A stretch of DNA of 61,711 bases, the filler included, from Candidatus Woesearchaeota archaeon (GTDB lineage: Archaea; Nanobdellota; Nanobdellia; Woesearchaeales; BM511), in assembly GCA_023266675.1 (NCBI GenBank). It is 5 parts of 5 records of this genome, joined end to end, with 100 filler letters (N's around TTAATTAATTAA, not from the genome) between each part and the next. Parts side by side here need not be neighbours in the genome. Positions count along the whole stretch, not along the records: positions 17,867 to 35,576 come from JAHFPP010000023.1; 4 more parts are not named here. One strand, written 5' to 3'. Shown in pieces: positions 19,631-29,322 of the stretch (the stretch's first letter is position 1; every line of letters starts with the position of its first letter). The notes under the pieces were generated by a model. That model ran no database searches, had not been told where the DNA came from, and worked only from the letters and a program-made list of their open reading frames with translations. The translations under genes were made by a program, and so were the position numbers.

Positions 19631-19897
19631 TTATTCAGTCTTAGTCCACCGTTTAAGCGTAGGCATCTTGTTGTTTATTATCTGCCTTGCAGTTTGCTCG
19701 TCAATATTCTTCACATGCATCATATGTATTACTACTTCTTCAATCATTTTGCTTAGCGAAATTGTCGGATTTATGAATTTGCCGTCTCTAAAACACATAT
19801 TGCAATAATCATTGTTTTTAGTCTTATCTTCATTAGTTCCAAAATCAATTTCTGTTTCAAGCGGAGTCATGCAACTCTGACATAAATAGGCACACAT
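19631..19897 (-). CDS. putative zinc-ribbon protein (Zn_ribbon_2-like)
   Basis: CQSCMTPL...GTNED...DYCNMCF.DG.F...PTLKRW. Confidence 0.85.
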   Translation of the reverse strand: MCAYLCQSCMTPLETEIDFGTNEDKTKNNDYCNMCFRDGKFINPTISLSKMIEEVVIHMMHVKNIDEQTARQIINNKMPTLKRWTKTE

Positions 19898-20012
19898 AAA
19901 GAATAATATAATACTCTTTTATTTATATATCTTATCTATAACTCATTTAAAACTTCTCTTTAACCATTAAAAATCGAAACGTTTTAATACTAGTATTCTA
20001 AAGATTTACATA

Positions 20013-20362
20013 ATGAAAGAGGGAGCCATAAAAAAAGAAGAGGTTATTTTAAAACCTGAAACTGTCGAAANNNNNNNNNNATCCTTAACGAAAAGATAAG
20101 CATTCTCAAAAGCGAAGTTGCAGAGAATAAGCTTTATCTGGAACTCTGCTTTGTTGCATTACTTATACTTGTTTTTGGATATTTCAAATCAGATATTGGA
20201 CACATCGCTGTCTCAAGCGGTTCAATATTTGGAAAACTTATGATAGGTATCTCAATAACTTTGTATCTAGGAATAGTGTACTTTTTTTACAGCATAATAA
20301 AATTTAATCATAAAAATATGGAACTTATTAAGGAAAAATTAAGCAATCTTGTTCAAAAGTGA
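20013..20362 (+). CDS. 2-TM hypothetical protein spanning a 10-N gap
   Basis: MKEGAIKKEE...[gap]...ILNEKISILKSEVAENKLYLELCFVALL...LVQK*; similar to 20526-20831. Confidence 0.7.
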
Positions 20363-20529
20363 ATACCACAAAAATAATCGCGATAGTACTCATATCAATC
20401 CTTATATTGAATATGATATTGTTTGGAATAGGTAAAATAAGCGATTTAACCTTCTGGGTTATTATCCTTACAGGATTTATAATAACATATATACTAAAAA
20501 AAATTAAAATATTTAAAGGAAAAACATGA
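20359..20529 (+). CDS. 56-aa 2-TM small membrane protein
   Basis: GTG start overlaps the previous TGA and its TGA overlaps the next ATG; MNTTKIIAIVLISILILNMILFGIGKISDLTFWVIILTGFIITYILKKIKIFKGKT. Confidence 0.7.
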   Translation: MNTTKIIAIVLISILILNMILFGIGKISDLTFWVIILTGFIITYILKKIKIFKGKT

Positions 20530-20831
20530 GCAGCGACCTTGACGTAATTGATGCAAAAATAAGCTTGCTTAAAAGCGAGATTGTCGAATACAGGTTATAC
20601 ATAGAAATTTGTGCAATAACCATACTCTTTGTTATTATACTATTCTTTGGAACAAGCAGCGGAGTAAACCAACTAAAAACCAACTTTATAGGGCATTTAA
20701 TAATCTTCTCAGTTATAATAATTCTTGGGCTGATGATATACATGTTTTCAAGGGTCATCTACATATCTAAGTTCAGTATGAGAGGCATAATAAGCAATAA
20801 AAAGATGATACTTCAAGACTGGTTAAAATGA
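20526..20831 (+). CDS. 2-TM hypothetical protein
   Basis: 101 aa, translationally coupled on both sides. Confidence 0.75.
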   Translation: MSSDLDVIDAKISLLKSEIVEYRLYIEICAITILFVIILFFGTSSGVNQLKTNFIGHLIIFSVIIILGLMIYMFSRVIYISKFSMRGIISNKKMILQDWLK

Positions 20832-21130
20832 GGGAGATACATACAACCTGTAAAGATAAAAAAGAAGCTGAAAAGATAGCGAAAATTCTTCTAACTAAAA
20901 AAATTGCAGCCTGCGTAAATTATTTTCCTGTAAATTCAATGTATCTTTGGGAAGGAAAGATTGAGAAATCATCTGAATATCTGCTTTTAATAAAAACCTC
21001 AAGTAAAAACAAGAAAAAAGCCATAGAAACGATAAGCTCAAATCACTCATATGAACTTCCTGTTATAAGTTCTGCTACTATTAAATCAACAAAAGCTGCA
21101 GAAGAATGGATAAATAATTCTGTGTGTTAG
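20828..21130 (+). CDS. cutA: divalent-cation tolerance protein CutA
   Basis: AACVNYFP..SMYLWEGKIE...E..LLIKT...HSYELP. Confidence 0.93.
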   Translation: MREIHTTCKDKKEAEKIAKILLTKKIAACVNYFPVNSMYLWEGKIEKSSEYLLLIKTSSKNKKKAIETISSNHSYELPVISSATIKSTKAAEEWINNSVC

Positions 21131-21167
21131 TTTATATCAAAAAATAAGATAAAAAATATTTATTTTC

Positions 21168-21359
21168 CTACTCAAACTCTTTAAAATTTTCCCTAATATA
21201 TCCTGTTTCAGGGGTGTAAGGGACATAATCTTTACAAAAGCAATTATGCTCTTCATCATGTTGGCATAAGTTGCAGTTTCCTACGCCTCCCGTATTGATG
21301 TGCTCGCTTATTACGTATGGTCTTGTAAGCTGATATAGGCAAATTTCGTCTACGCTCAT
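21168..21359 (-). CDS. small Cys/His-rich hypothetical protein (63 aa)
   Basis: GAGGTGA Shine-Dalgarno before ATG 21359; C...H...GNCNLC....N.FC..Y. Confidence 0.65.
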   Translation of the reverse strand: MSVDEICLYQLTRPYVISEHINTGGVGNCNLCQHDEEHNCFCKDYVPYTPETGYIRENFKEFE

Positions 21360-21477
21360 TTTAATCACCTCAACAAGCATGTTGAAGTATAGGTTATACT
21401 CTATAACTATATAAACTTTTCTATAATTTAGTACTTAATAGTAACAACTAATTCTTAAACAAAACATTTATATATTG

Positions 21478-21516
21478 GTTGAGTTTAACTCAACAATAAG
21501 TTGATGTTAGTTCAAC
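21478..21516 (+). promoter_or_regulatory. tandem palindromic operator GTTGA-N7-TCAAC (two copies) between two TATA boxes upstream of hsp20
   Basis: GTTGAGTTTAACTCAAC (21478-21494) and GTTGATGTTAGTTCAAC (21500-21516); TTTATATA at about 21467 and 21523. Confidence 0.75.
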
Positions 21517-21570
21517 GAAATGTTTATATATAATGAAAGCATATAAAACGCAGTTTACGAGGTGGAAAAA

Positions 21571-22032
21571 ATGGTATGGAACACTTGGAACGAATTTGAA
21601 AGAATGCAAGAAGAAATGGATAGGTTATCCAGAAAACTTATTGGTGGAAGAGATGACCGATTAATGTTAAGCGGACCAAAAGGAGAAGTTATACCAGCAA
21701 CTTATCTTCGAACACCTGTATTTCATGTGAAAGAAACCGAAGACAAGGTTTTGGCAAAAATAGAGATACCCGGAATTGACAAAAAAGATATTGAACTGCA
21801 CATAGCAAAAGACCATATCGAAATTAGGGCTGAGAAAAAAGCAGAAAAAGAAGTAAAAGGGAAGGAAGAGTATAGTTACTTTTCACACTCTTCAAGCTTT
21901 TACAGAATGATACCTTTGCCTTCAGAAATTGATGAAGACAAGGCAACAGCAACATATGAAAATGGTATACTCAAGCTTGAGATGCCAAAATCAAATGTAA
22001 GCAAGAAGAAAAAGAAGATTACAATAAAATGA
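21571..22032 (+). CDS. hsp20: small heat shock protein Hsp20
   Basis: alpha-crystallin domain EIPGIDKKDIEL...FYRMIPLP...ATYENGILKLEMPK; GAGGTG Shine-Dalgarno before ATG 21571. Confidence 0.95.
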   Translation: MVWNTWNEFERMQEEMDRLSRKLIGGRDDRLMLSGPKGEVIPATYLRTPVFHVKETEDKVLAKIEIPGIDKKDIELHIAKDHIEIRAEKKAEKEVKGKEEYSYFSHSSSFYRMIPLPSEIDEDKATATYENGILKLEMPKSNVSKKKKKITIK

Positions 22033-22067
22033 TTTTTTCATTTTATTTTTAAGTTAAGGTGATATAA

Positions 22068-22658
22068 TTGACAAATAATAAACAAAAAAATAACGGAAAA
22101 AATCACGAAGAAAAAAAAACAGAAGAAGAGATTAAACAAGAAGCAACTAATAATAAAGAATTAGTTCAGGAATCAAAAACTGAAGAGAATAAGGAATTAA
22201 CAGAGACTGAAAAACTTTCAATGGACCTTATCAAATCATATGAAAAAATTGACGAGTTAACAGATACACTGCAAAGACTTCAGGCAGAATTTGAAAATTT
22301 CAGAAAAAGAACAGAAAAAGATGCAAAAAGATTATCAGAATATTCAAGCGCAAGCGTTATAGGAAAAATACTCCCAATCATAGATACTTTTGAAATCGCA
22401 ATAAAAAACTCGGACGACGAAAAAAAGTTCAAAGAAGGAACTGTAATGATATACAATGAAATAATGAGTGTGCTTAAAAGTGAAGGACTAAAAAAAATTG
22501 AGGCATTAAACAAGCAATTCGATCCTTATCTGCATGAAGCGATGATGGCAGTAGAAAAAAAAGAATCTGAAAAAGACACAATCATAGAAGTATTGCAGGA
22601 AGGATATATGCTAAAAGACAGAGTGCTTAGGCATTCAAAAGTAAAAATAAGTAAATAA
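22068..22658 (+). CDS. grpE: nucleotide exchange factor GrpE
   Basis: RLQAEFENFRKR, FDPYLHEAM, QEGYMLKDRVLR. Confidence 0.96.
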   Translation: MTNNKQKNNGKNHEEKKTEEEIKQEATNNKELVQESKTEENKELTETEKLSMDLIKSYEKIDELTDTLQRLQAEFENFRKRTEKDAKRLSEYSSASVIGKILPIIDTFEIAIKNSDDEKKFKEGTVMIYNEIMSVLKSEGLKKIEALNKQFDPYLHEAMMAVEKKESEKDTIIEVLQEGYMLKDRVLRHSKVKISK

Positions 22659-22693
22659 CTTTAAAAAAACAAAGAGTGTAGGAGGAAAAAACA

Positions 22694-24607
22694 ATGGTAA
22701 AAACAGGAAAAATAATAGGAATAGACTTGGGGACATCAAACTCAGCAGCATCAGTGCTACAGGGTGGTAAACCAGTAATAATCCCATCATCAGAGGGAGT
22801 AACAGCATACGGAAAAGCGTTTCCGTCAGTAGTAGCATTCACAAAAGATGAGCAATTACTAGTTGGAGAACCAGCAAGGCGACAGGCAGTATCAAACCCA
22901 CAGAATACAATAATGGCTGCAAAAAGAAAAATGGGTACAAATTTTAAATACAAAATAAACACAAAAGAATACTCACCACAGCAGATATCAGCTTTCATTT
23001 TGCAAAAAATAAAGAAAGACGCAGAAGAATTCCTCGGCGAAAAAGTTGAGCGGGCAGTAATCACGGTCCCAGCTTACTTTGACGACAACCAAAGGCAGGC
23101 AACAAAAGACGCAGGAGAAATCGCTGGTCTAGAAGTTGTAAGAATAGTAAACGAACCGACAGCAGCGTCACTAGCATACGGCCTTGACAAAGGCGACAAA
23201 GAAATGAAAATTCTTGTCTTTGACCTTGGTGGCGGAACGCTGGATGTAACAGTAATGGATTTCTCAGAAGGAGTTTTTGAAGTAAAATCAACTTCAGGAG
23301 ACACACAGCTAGGCGGAACAGATATGGACGCAGCAATAATCAAACACTTAGCTATTGAATTCAAGCAAAAAGAAGGAGTAGACTTAACACAAGATGATAT
23401 GGCTTACCAAAGACTTAGAGAAGCAGCAGAGAAGGCAAAAATCGAGCTTTCAACAATGGTTGAAACAGACATAAATCTGCCATTCATAACATCAACAGAT
23501 AAAGGTCCAAAACACTTAACAACAAAATTAACACGAGCAAAAGTTGAGCAGATAATTGACCCGCTAATCCAACGATGCAAAGCACCACTTGAACAGGCAG
23601 TTAAAGACTCAAAACTAGCAAAAAGCGATATCTCAAAAATAATACTAGTTGGCGGACCAACAAGAATGCCAATAGTACGAAAATTTGTAGAAGACTACTT
23701 TGGAAAAACCGCTGAACGAGGAGTCGACCCAATGGAATGTGTCGCAATGGGCGCAGCAGTACAGGCAGGAGTTTTAGCCGGCGAAGTAAAAGACATACTA
23801 TTACTTGACGTCACACCACTCTCTCTTGGAATTGAAACACTTGGCGGAATCTTCACAAAGTTAATTGAAAGAAACACAACAGTTCCCACAAAGAATTCGC
23901 AGATATTCAGTACAGCACAAGACAACCAACCTGCAGTAACAATTAGAGTTGCACAGGGAGAACGTTCAATGTTCAATGACAACAAACTTCTTGGGCAGTT
24001 TGACCTTATTGGACTGCCACCAGCACCAAGAGGAATACCTCAAATCGAAGTCACTTTTGACATCGACGCAAACGGAATAATACACGTTGGCGCAAAAGAT
24101 CTTGGAACTGGAAAAGAGCAGAAACTTCAAATAACATCAAGCCACAAATTATCTGATGAAGAAATTGAACGAATGAAGAAAGATGCAGAAAGCCACGCAG
24201 AAGACGATAAAAAACGAAAAGACGAAATAGAAACAATAAACCAGGCTGACACATTGGTCTTCACAAGCGAAAGGCTTTTCAAGGACTTTGAAGGAAAAGT
24301 TGACGCAAAAGAACTTGAAGACGTAAAAACTGAAATAGGCGAATTGAAACAACTGCTTACATCAGAAACAAAAGACCACGAAGCACTAAAAGCCAAAATG
24401 GATAAGATAAATGAGAAAATACAAAAACTCTCAACAGATCTTTACACGAAAGCAGCTGAGGAAGCGCACAAGCATCAGGAGCATGGAGCACATGCAAACA
24501 GTGCACAAGGCAATGAAGGAGAATCTGAATCAGGAAATGGCGAAAAAGTCGTTGACGCAGAAGTTGTTGACAAGAAAGACGATAAAAAGCCAAAAAAGAA
24601 AAAGTAG
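22694..24607 (+). CDS. dnaK: chaperone DnaK (Hsp70)
   Basis: [48 protein letters not shown]. Confidence 0.99.
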   Translation: MVKTGKIIGIDLGTSNSAASVLQGGKPVIIPSSEGVTAYGKAFPSVVAFTKDEQLLVGEPARRQAVSNPQNTIMAAKRKMGTNFKYKINTKEYSPQQISAFILQKIKKDAEEFLGEKVERAVITVPAYFDDNQRQATKDAGEIAGLEVVRIVNEPTAASLAYGLDKGDKEMKILVFDLGGGTLDVTVMDFSEGVFEVKSTSGDTQLGGTDMDAAIIKHLAIEFKQKEGVDLTQDDMAYQRLREAAEKAKIELSTMVETDINLPFITSTDKGPKHLTTKLTRAKVEQIIDPLIQRCKAPLEQAVKDSKLAKSDISKIILVGGPTRMPIVRKFVEDYFGKTAERGVDPMECVAMGAAVQAGVLAGEVKDILLLDVTPLSLGIETLGGIFTKLIERNTTVPTKNSQIFSTAQDNQPAVTIRVAQGERSMFNDNKLLGQFDLIGLPPAPRGIPQIEVTFDIDANGIIHVGAKDLGTGKEQKLQITSSHKLSDEEIERMKKDAESHAEDDKKRKDEIETINQADTLVFTSERLFKDFEGKVDAKELEDVKTEIGELKQLLTSETKDHEALKAKMDKINEKIQKLSTDLYTKAAEEAHKHQEHGAHANSAQGNEGESESGNGEKVVDAEVVDKKDDKKPKKKK

Positions 24608-24618
24608 AACAACTCTTT

Positions 24619-24814
24619 CGCCAGTTCCGAAGCAATGAAATTGCTAGGAGCAAAGAAATCTATGATTTCTTGCTCAAGCAACCTGTTGCTTTGAGCCAAA
24701 AACAAAGTTTTTGAGCTGTCAGCGATGGGCTATTCATCTTTCATGATGAATAGACCTTGTTTTAGTCAAGCTTTTAGATTTGCATTTTTTGCAAATCGGT
24801 TAAAAGGTTGGTCT
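24619..24814. repeat. stacked-hairpin intergenic element (copy D, core in reverse orientation)
   Basis: at least six short inverted repeats in about 200 nt, including CAAGCTTTTA...TAAAAGGTTG; flanked by a 26-nt imperfect direct repeat. Confidence 0.75.
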
Positions 24815-24887
24815 AAAAAGAAAAAATAGATAAACTCTTTTTTTAATTTTTTTATTTTATTTTAAACTTTTGATTAATGGTGATATC

Positions 24888-25613
24888 TTGAAACAAAAAA
24901 AAAATATTCAATCTTTTTTTGTGCCAAAAAAATCTTCAGATTTTTCCGGGCAAGAGAAGACACTTAGCATAAAAGACTGTTACATAATTCTAACTAACTA
25001 TCGCACTCCAAATATGGTTGTTAATCACACTGAGTCAGTCGCAAAAGTCGCTTATCTAATCGGTAAAAAAATGAAAGACAATGGTGAGAAAATAGACTTA
25101 AATCTCCTTGTTAATTCAGCACTTTTACACGACATATTCAAAATTATTGAAGTCCAAGACTATTATCAATATCAGACTAAAAGTGAAGTAGATAAAAAGA
25201 AAAAGTTCTGGGATAAACTCAAATTAAAATTTAAAGGGACCAATCATGAAAATGCATTTATTATTGAATTTGGAAAATGTTTTCCAAAAATATCAAATAT
25301 TGTAATAAAACACAAATACTCAGAGATAAACAACGGATTTGAGATTAAAGAAGCAGAAATATTATATTACTCAGACAAGCTTGTCAAGTTTGACAAGATA
25401 ACTACACTAAAAAAAAGGTTAGATGAGGCAAAAAAGAGGTATGCACACAAGCATAAATCAAAAAAAGACTATGACTTTGTCAATGAAACAGACAAAAAGA
25501 TATTCACGCTTCAAAAGCAAATATTTAAAACAACCGGGTTATCACCGAAAGAATTGATAAAACTTAATGATATTACATTCAAAAAATTAATGCAAAACAA
25601 TAAAATGAAGTAA
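24888..25613 (+). CDS. HD-domain (HDIG-type) metal-dependent phosphohydrolase
   Basis: NH...V..VA, SALLHDIFK, H, H, YYSDK; GGTGA Shine-Dalgarno before TTG 24888. Confidence 0.85.
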   Translation: MKQKKNIQSFFVPKKSSDFSGQEKTLSIKDCYIILTNYRTPNMVVNHTESVAKVAYLIGKKMKDNGEKIDLNLLVNSALLHDIFKIIEVQDYYQYQTKSEVDKKKKFWDKLKLKFKGTNHENAFIIEFGKCFPKISNIVIKHKYSEINNGFEIKEAEILYYSDKLVKFDKITTLKKRLDEAKKRYAHKHKSKKDYDFVNETDKKIFTLQKQIFKTTGLSPKELIKLNDITFKKLMQNNKMK

Positions 25614-25625
25614 CATGGCAACAAA

Positions 25626-25728
25626 CTCATGAAAACATTTTTATTTTCAGGATGCAGACAACTTTGTTGTCAAGCATTTTACGAAAAGTTTGACCAAAAG
25701 ACGACGAATTGCAAAAAACGCAATTCAT
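25626..25728 (+). repeat. dispersed multi-hairpin repeat, copy A
   Basis: aligns end to end with 39634-39736 (CTCATGAAAAC...TTTTCAGGAYGCAGA...GTTGTCAAGC...). Confidence 0.9.
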
Positions 25729-25760
25729 CTAAATAAAAAAAGATTTCAAAATTACATAAA

Positions 25761-26888
25761 ATGGCAACAAAAGACTATTACAACACACTTGGCGTTGACA
25801 AAAACGCAACAAAAGAGGATATAAAACAGGCATATAAACGGCTTGCAAAAAAGTACCACCCTGACATAAACAAGGACTCAGGTGCCACAGAAAAATTCAA
25901 GGAGATAAACGAAGCAGCAGCAATACTCTCAGACGAAAAAAAACGCGCAAACTATGACAGGTTTGGAACTAGCGATGAAGCATTTGGCCCTGGAGGATTT
26001 GACTTCCGTGATTTCTCAGAAGGATTTGGACGTGACTTTGACGCTGATGATGTGTTTGACCAATTTTTTGGAGGCAACGGATTCTTCGGTGGCCGCCAGA
26101 GAAGGAGAGGCGGTGCAGAGCGAGGCGCAGACCTAAGGTTTGAGATGGAAATAACACTTGAAGATGCTGCAAATGGTGTCAGCAAGCAAATCACAATACC
26201 TAAACTTGAAACATGCAAAACATGCAAAGGGGCAGGAGCTGAAGACAAAGCTGATATAATCACCTGCAAATTCTGCGGAGGGTCAGGACAGATGACCCAC
26301 CAGCAAAGAACTCCTTTTGGGGTTTTTCAGACTACAAACACATGCAAAGGATGCAATGGTTCAGGAAGACAGATAAAAAAACCATGCAGAGAATGTGATG
26401 GCGACGGACGAGTTGACGTCAAAAAAACAATCGATCTAAAGATTCCTGCAGGAGTTGACACAGGAACGCGGGTTAGAGTTGAAGGAGAAGGCGAAGCAGG
26501 AGTCAAAGGTGGACCAACTGGTGACTTATATATAATCATACATCTAAAACCACACAAAATATTTGAACGCGATGGGAACAATATCTACGTTGAAATACCT
26601 ATCTCATTCACACAAGCGGTACTTGGCGACGAAATAGATGTTCCTACGATTGACGGCGAGGCAACACTTAAAATTCCTTCAGGGACACAGAGTGAAACAA
26701 CTTTCAGACTTAAAGGACGAGGAATACCTCACCTTCGCGGCGGCGGGGCTGGAGACGAAATGATAAAAGTAAAAGTTGAAGTTCCAACAAGAATATCATC
26801 AAGGCAAAGAGAACTGCTTGAAGAATTCAAAACACTTTCCGACAATCCCCAAAAAGGATTCTTTGACAAAATCAAAAGAATGTTTTGA
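25761..26888 (+). CDS. dnaJ: chaperone DnaJ
   Basis: J-domain HPD, G/F-rich region, four CxxCxGxG repeats. Confidence 0.99.
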   Translation: MATKDYYNTLGVDKNATKEDIKQAYKRLAKKYHPDINKDSGATEKFKEINEAAAILSDEKKRANYDRFGTSDEAFGPGGFDFRDFSEGFGRDFDADDVFDQFFGGNGFFGGRQRRRGGAERGADLRFEMEITLEDAANGVSKQITIPKLETCKTCKGAGAEDKADIITCKFCGGSGQMTHQQRTPFGVFQTTNTCKGCNGSGRQIKKPCRECDGDGRVDVKKTIDLKIPAGVDTGTRVRVEGEGEAGVKGGPTGDLYIIIHLKPHKIFERDGNNIYVEIPISFTQAVLGDEIDVPTIDGEATLKIPSGTQSETTFRLKGRGIPHLRGGGAGDEMIKVKVEVPTRISSRQRELLEEFKTLSDNPQKGFFDKIKRMF

Positions 26889-26896
26889 TTAATTTT

Positions 26897-27208
26897 TTAT
26901 AATCTTCTAGATTTATGCTTAGTTAAATTAGTATTAACTTTAAATAATTCATAATTTTCTGGTTTTGGTGTTGTTATTGACGGATTTAAGCTTTCCATCA
27001 TATCCAAACTTTCATAATATCTCTGCTCTGGATCCGGGTTTTGACTACGAACTTGATTAACATAATACCCACCTTTTGTAGTTAACTTCTCAAAATATAT
27101 TTGAGTGTCTGTTGCTGGTGGTTGGATATTTGTGCTAGGAGGAGTTTGTAAATCTAAAGCCAAAACAATCCATTCTACTTTTGCAACCAATTCTCCGTAT
27201 TCACTCAT
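26897..27208 (-). CDS. hypothetical protein
   Basis: 103 aa ORF with an upstream AT-rich TATA-like element. Confidence 0.55.
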   Translation of the reverse strand: MSEYGELVAKVEWIVLALDLQTPPSTNIQPPATDTQIYFEKLTTKGGYYVNQVRSQNPDPEQRYYESLDMMESLNPSITTPKPENYELFKVNTNLTKHKSRRL

Positions 27209-27257
27209 TTTGTTTCATATCTAACTAACATATATTTATTTGTTAAGATATCTATTA

Positions 27258-27755
27258 CTAATTTTTATACCTGCTTTCTTTTAGAAGATTATCCCTATTC
27301 TCTCTCCATGTCCAATTAGGGCCCCAAAATAGGCTCATGCCAATATTTTTGGTATCAGGTTTTATTCCAGCCTTTAAATAGAAATAATCAGTTAATCCTT
27401 TTTCTATTTTTGAAGTTTCTTCTTTTTTAATTGATTCTACTAATTTTAGGGATACTCCCTTCTGGTATGTTTTTGCATCTAATTCAGCTAAATGAACCAT
27501 TAACCCCTCATGCACGCCATGCATAGTGGAATCATTTGCATACACACCTAATTTTTTATCCCTATTAAAATAACTTGTCTGTGAATCATACCCGATTCCA
27601 TTTGTAACAAGCATTTCGATGTTTCTTTGCATTGGTGTTGGTTCTATTGTGAATTGGTTTCTTATTTGATGTGCTTCAGTTTTTGGAGTTACATAAATAT
27701 CAAGATAGGTATCTGCTCTACCAGTCTGTTTTATTGCTGTACTATTAATTCCCAT
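27258..27755 (-). CDS. hypothetical protein
   Basis: 165 aa ORF; AAAAGTTTATAAA promoter at about 27795-27807. Confidence 0.7.
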   Translation of the reverse strand: MGINSTAIKQTGRADTYLDIYVTPKTEAHQIRNQFTIEPTPMQRNIEMLVTNGIGYDSQTSYFNRDKKLGVYANDSTMHGVHEGLMVHLAELDAKTYQKGVSLKLVESIKKEETSKIEKGLTDYFYLKAGIKPDTKNIGMSLFWGPNWTWRENRDNLLKESRYKN

Positions 27756-27910
27756 ATTATTTTTCCCTCTTATCTCCTAAGTAATTATCAACGCTTTATA
27801 AACTTTTCGTTAAGTTAGTCTTTTAATAGTGGTAACATAATCTAAATTTCTAAAAAACCAAAACAGAGTCTTTTCAATAATTTTATATATCACCTTAAAA
27901 TTGATAATTC

Positions 27911-28135
27911 ATGGGGTTACAGATACTAAAAGTTTCACTTGTACTTTGCGCGGTGTTTTTACCTTTAATTATTGCAAAATTGGTTTTTATGAGAAACATG
28001 AATCAATGGTTTAGTATAAGCGAAAACTCAGTGTTTGGATTTGGATTTCCAGTCACAAAAGAAGGCTACGTGCTTTCAGGTGTATTAATCTTAATCGTTA
28101 TATTTTTACTGGTATTAATCAATATTTATATCTGA
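27911..28135 (+). CDS. small 2-TM membrane protein
   Basis: 74 aa, first gene of the run with pspC and mdh. Confidence 0.65.
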   Translation: MGLQILKVSLVLCAVFLPLIIAKLVFMRNMNQWFSISENSVFGFGFPVTKEGYVLSGVLILIVIFLLVLINIYI

Positions 28136-28144
28136 GGAGGAAAT

Positions 28145-28351
28145 ATGGCAGAAAAAAAGACTATAAAAAAACTTTACCGCTCAAAAACAAACAGGATGAT
28201 AGCTGGAATATGCGGTGGACTAGCAGACTACTATCAGATTGACCCGACATTTGTGCGACTTTTATGGGCAGGTTTAACACTTGTTACAATGGTTGGCCCA
28301 GGAATAATATTATATTTAATAGCGTGGATAATTATACCGGAGGAAAAATAG
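28145..28351 (+). CDS. pspC: PspC domain protein
   Basis: KKLYRS..NRMIAGICGGLADY..IDPT.VRL...YLIAWIIIP. Confidence 0.93.
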   Translation: MAEKKTIKKLYRSKTNRMIAGICGGLADYYQIDPTFVRLLWAGLTLVTMVGPGIILYLIAWIIIPEEK

Positions 28352-29299
28352 ATGAAAAGAACAAAAGTTTCAGTGATAGGATCAGGATTTGTAGGCTCAA
28401 CAACAGCAAACTTACTAGCAGAAAAAGGACTCTGCGACATAGTGCTTCTTGACGTGATTGAAGGCGTTCCTTTAGGCAAAGCGCTTGATATACAAGAATC
28501 ATCATCAATAATAGGGTTTGAATCAAAAGTTGTTGGTACAAACAACTATACAGACACCAAAAACTCAGACATAGTTGTAATAACAGCAGGCGTCGCACGT
28601 AAGCCAGGCATGTCACGAGATGATCTTATAGGAATAAATGCAAAAATCATGCACTCAGTTGTAAAAGAAGTAAAAAAGCACTCTCCAGACGCAATACTAA
28701 TCGTTGTTTCTAATCCGCTTGATGCAATGGTTTACATTGCAAAGAAGGTCTCAAACTTTCCAAAAAACAAAGTGATTGGAATGGCAGGAGTGCTTGACTC
28801 TGCGCGATTCAAGTCATTCATTTCAATGGAAACAGGATTTGCGTCAAAAAACATAAACGCAATGGTCCTTGGCGGGCACGGCGACGACATGGTTCCTCTG
28901 TCAAGATATGCAAACATTGAAGGCGTGCCAATAAGCGAACTCTTAAGCGACGAAAAAATAAAACAGATAGAACTACGCACACGAAAAGGCGGCGCAGAAA
29001 TCGTTGAACTGTTAAAAACTGGTTCTGCATACTTTGCACCTGCAGCGTCAATTGTATTAATGGTTGAATCAATAATACTCGACAGAAAAATGATTTTGCC
29101 AGTTGCTGCATGGCTTGAAGGCGAATACGGCTTTAATGACATGTTCATGGGAGTCCCAGTTGTTCTTGGCAGAAATGGCGTAGAAAAAATAATTGAATTG
29201 ACACTTCTTGACTCAGAAAAACAAGCGCTTGACAAAACTGCAAAGAATGTCATTGAACTCTCTGCAACAGCTGAAAAGATAATCAAGGATTTAAATTAG
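28352..29299 (+). CDS. mdh: malate dehydrogenase (LDH-like)
   Basis: GSGFVG, TAGVARKPGMSRDDL, SNPLD, LDSARF, GGHGD. Confidence 0.95.
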   Translation: MKRTKVSVIGSGFVGSTTANLLAEKGLCDIVLLDVIEGVPLGKALDIQESSSIIGFESKVVGTNNYTDTKNSDIVVITAGVARKPGMSRDDLIGINAKIMHSVVKEVKKHSPDAILIVVSNPLDAMVYIAKKVSNFPKNKVIGMAGVLDSARFKSFISMETGFASKNINAMVLGGHGDDMVPLSRYANIEGVPISELLSDEKIKQIELRTRKGGAEIVELLKTGSAYFAPAASIVLMVESIILDRKMILPVAAWLEGEYGFNDMFMGVPVVLGRNGVEKIIELTLLDSEKQALDKTAKNVIELSATAEKIIKDLN

Positions 29300-29322
29300 G
29301 TTTTTATTAATTTCTTTATATT

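Noticed and set aside
22627..24705. Many antisense or alternate-frame ORFs over dnaK, and similarly over mdh, lonB, alaS, srp54, herA and guaA
   Set aside because: Shadow ORFs of well-supported genes, with no motifs or translation signals
24619..25728. Hairpin arrays considered as a CRISPR array
   Set aside because: No constant direct repeat with regularly sized unique spacers, and no cas genes
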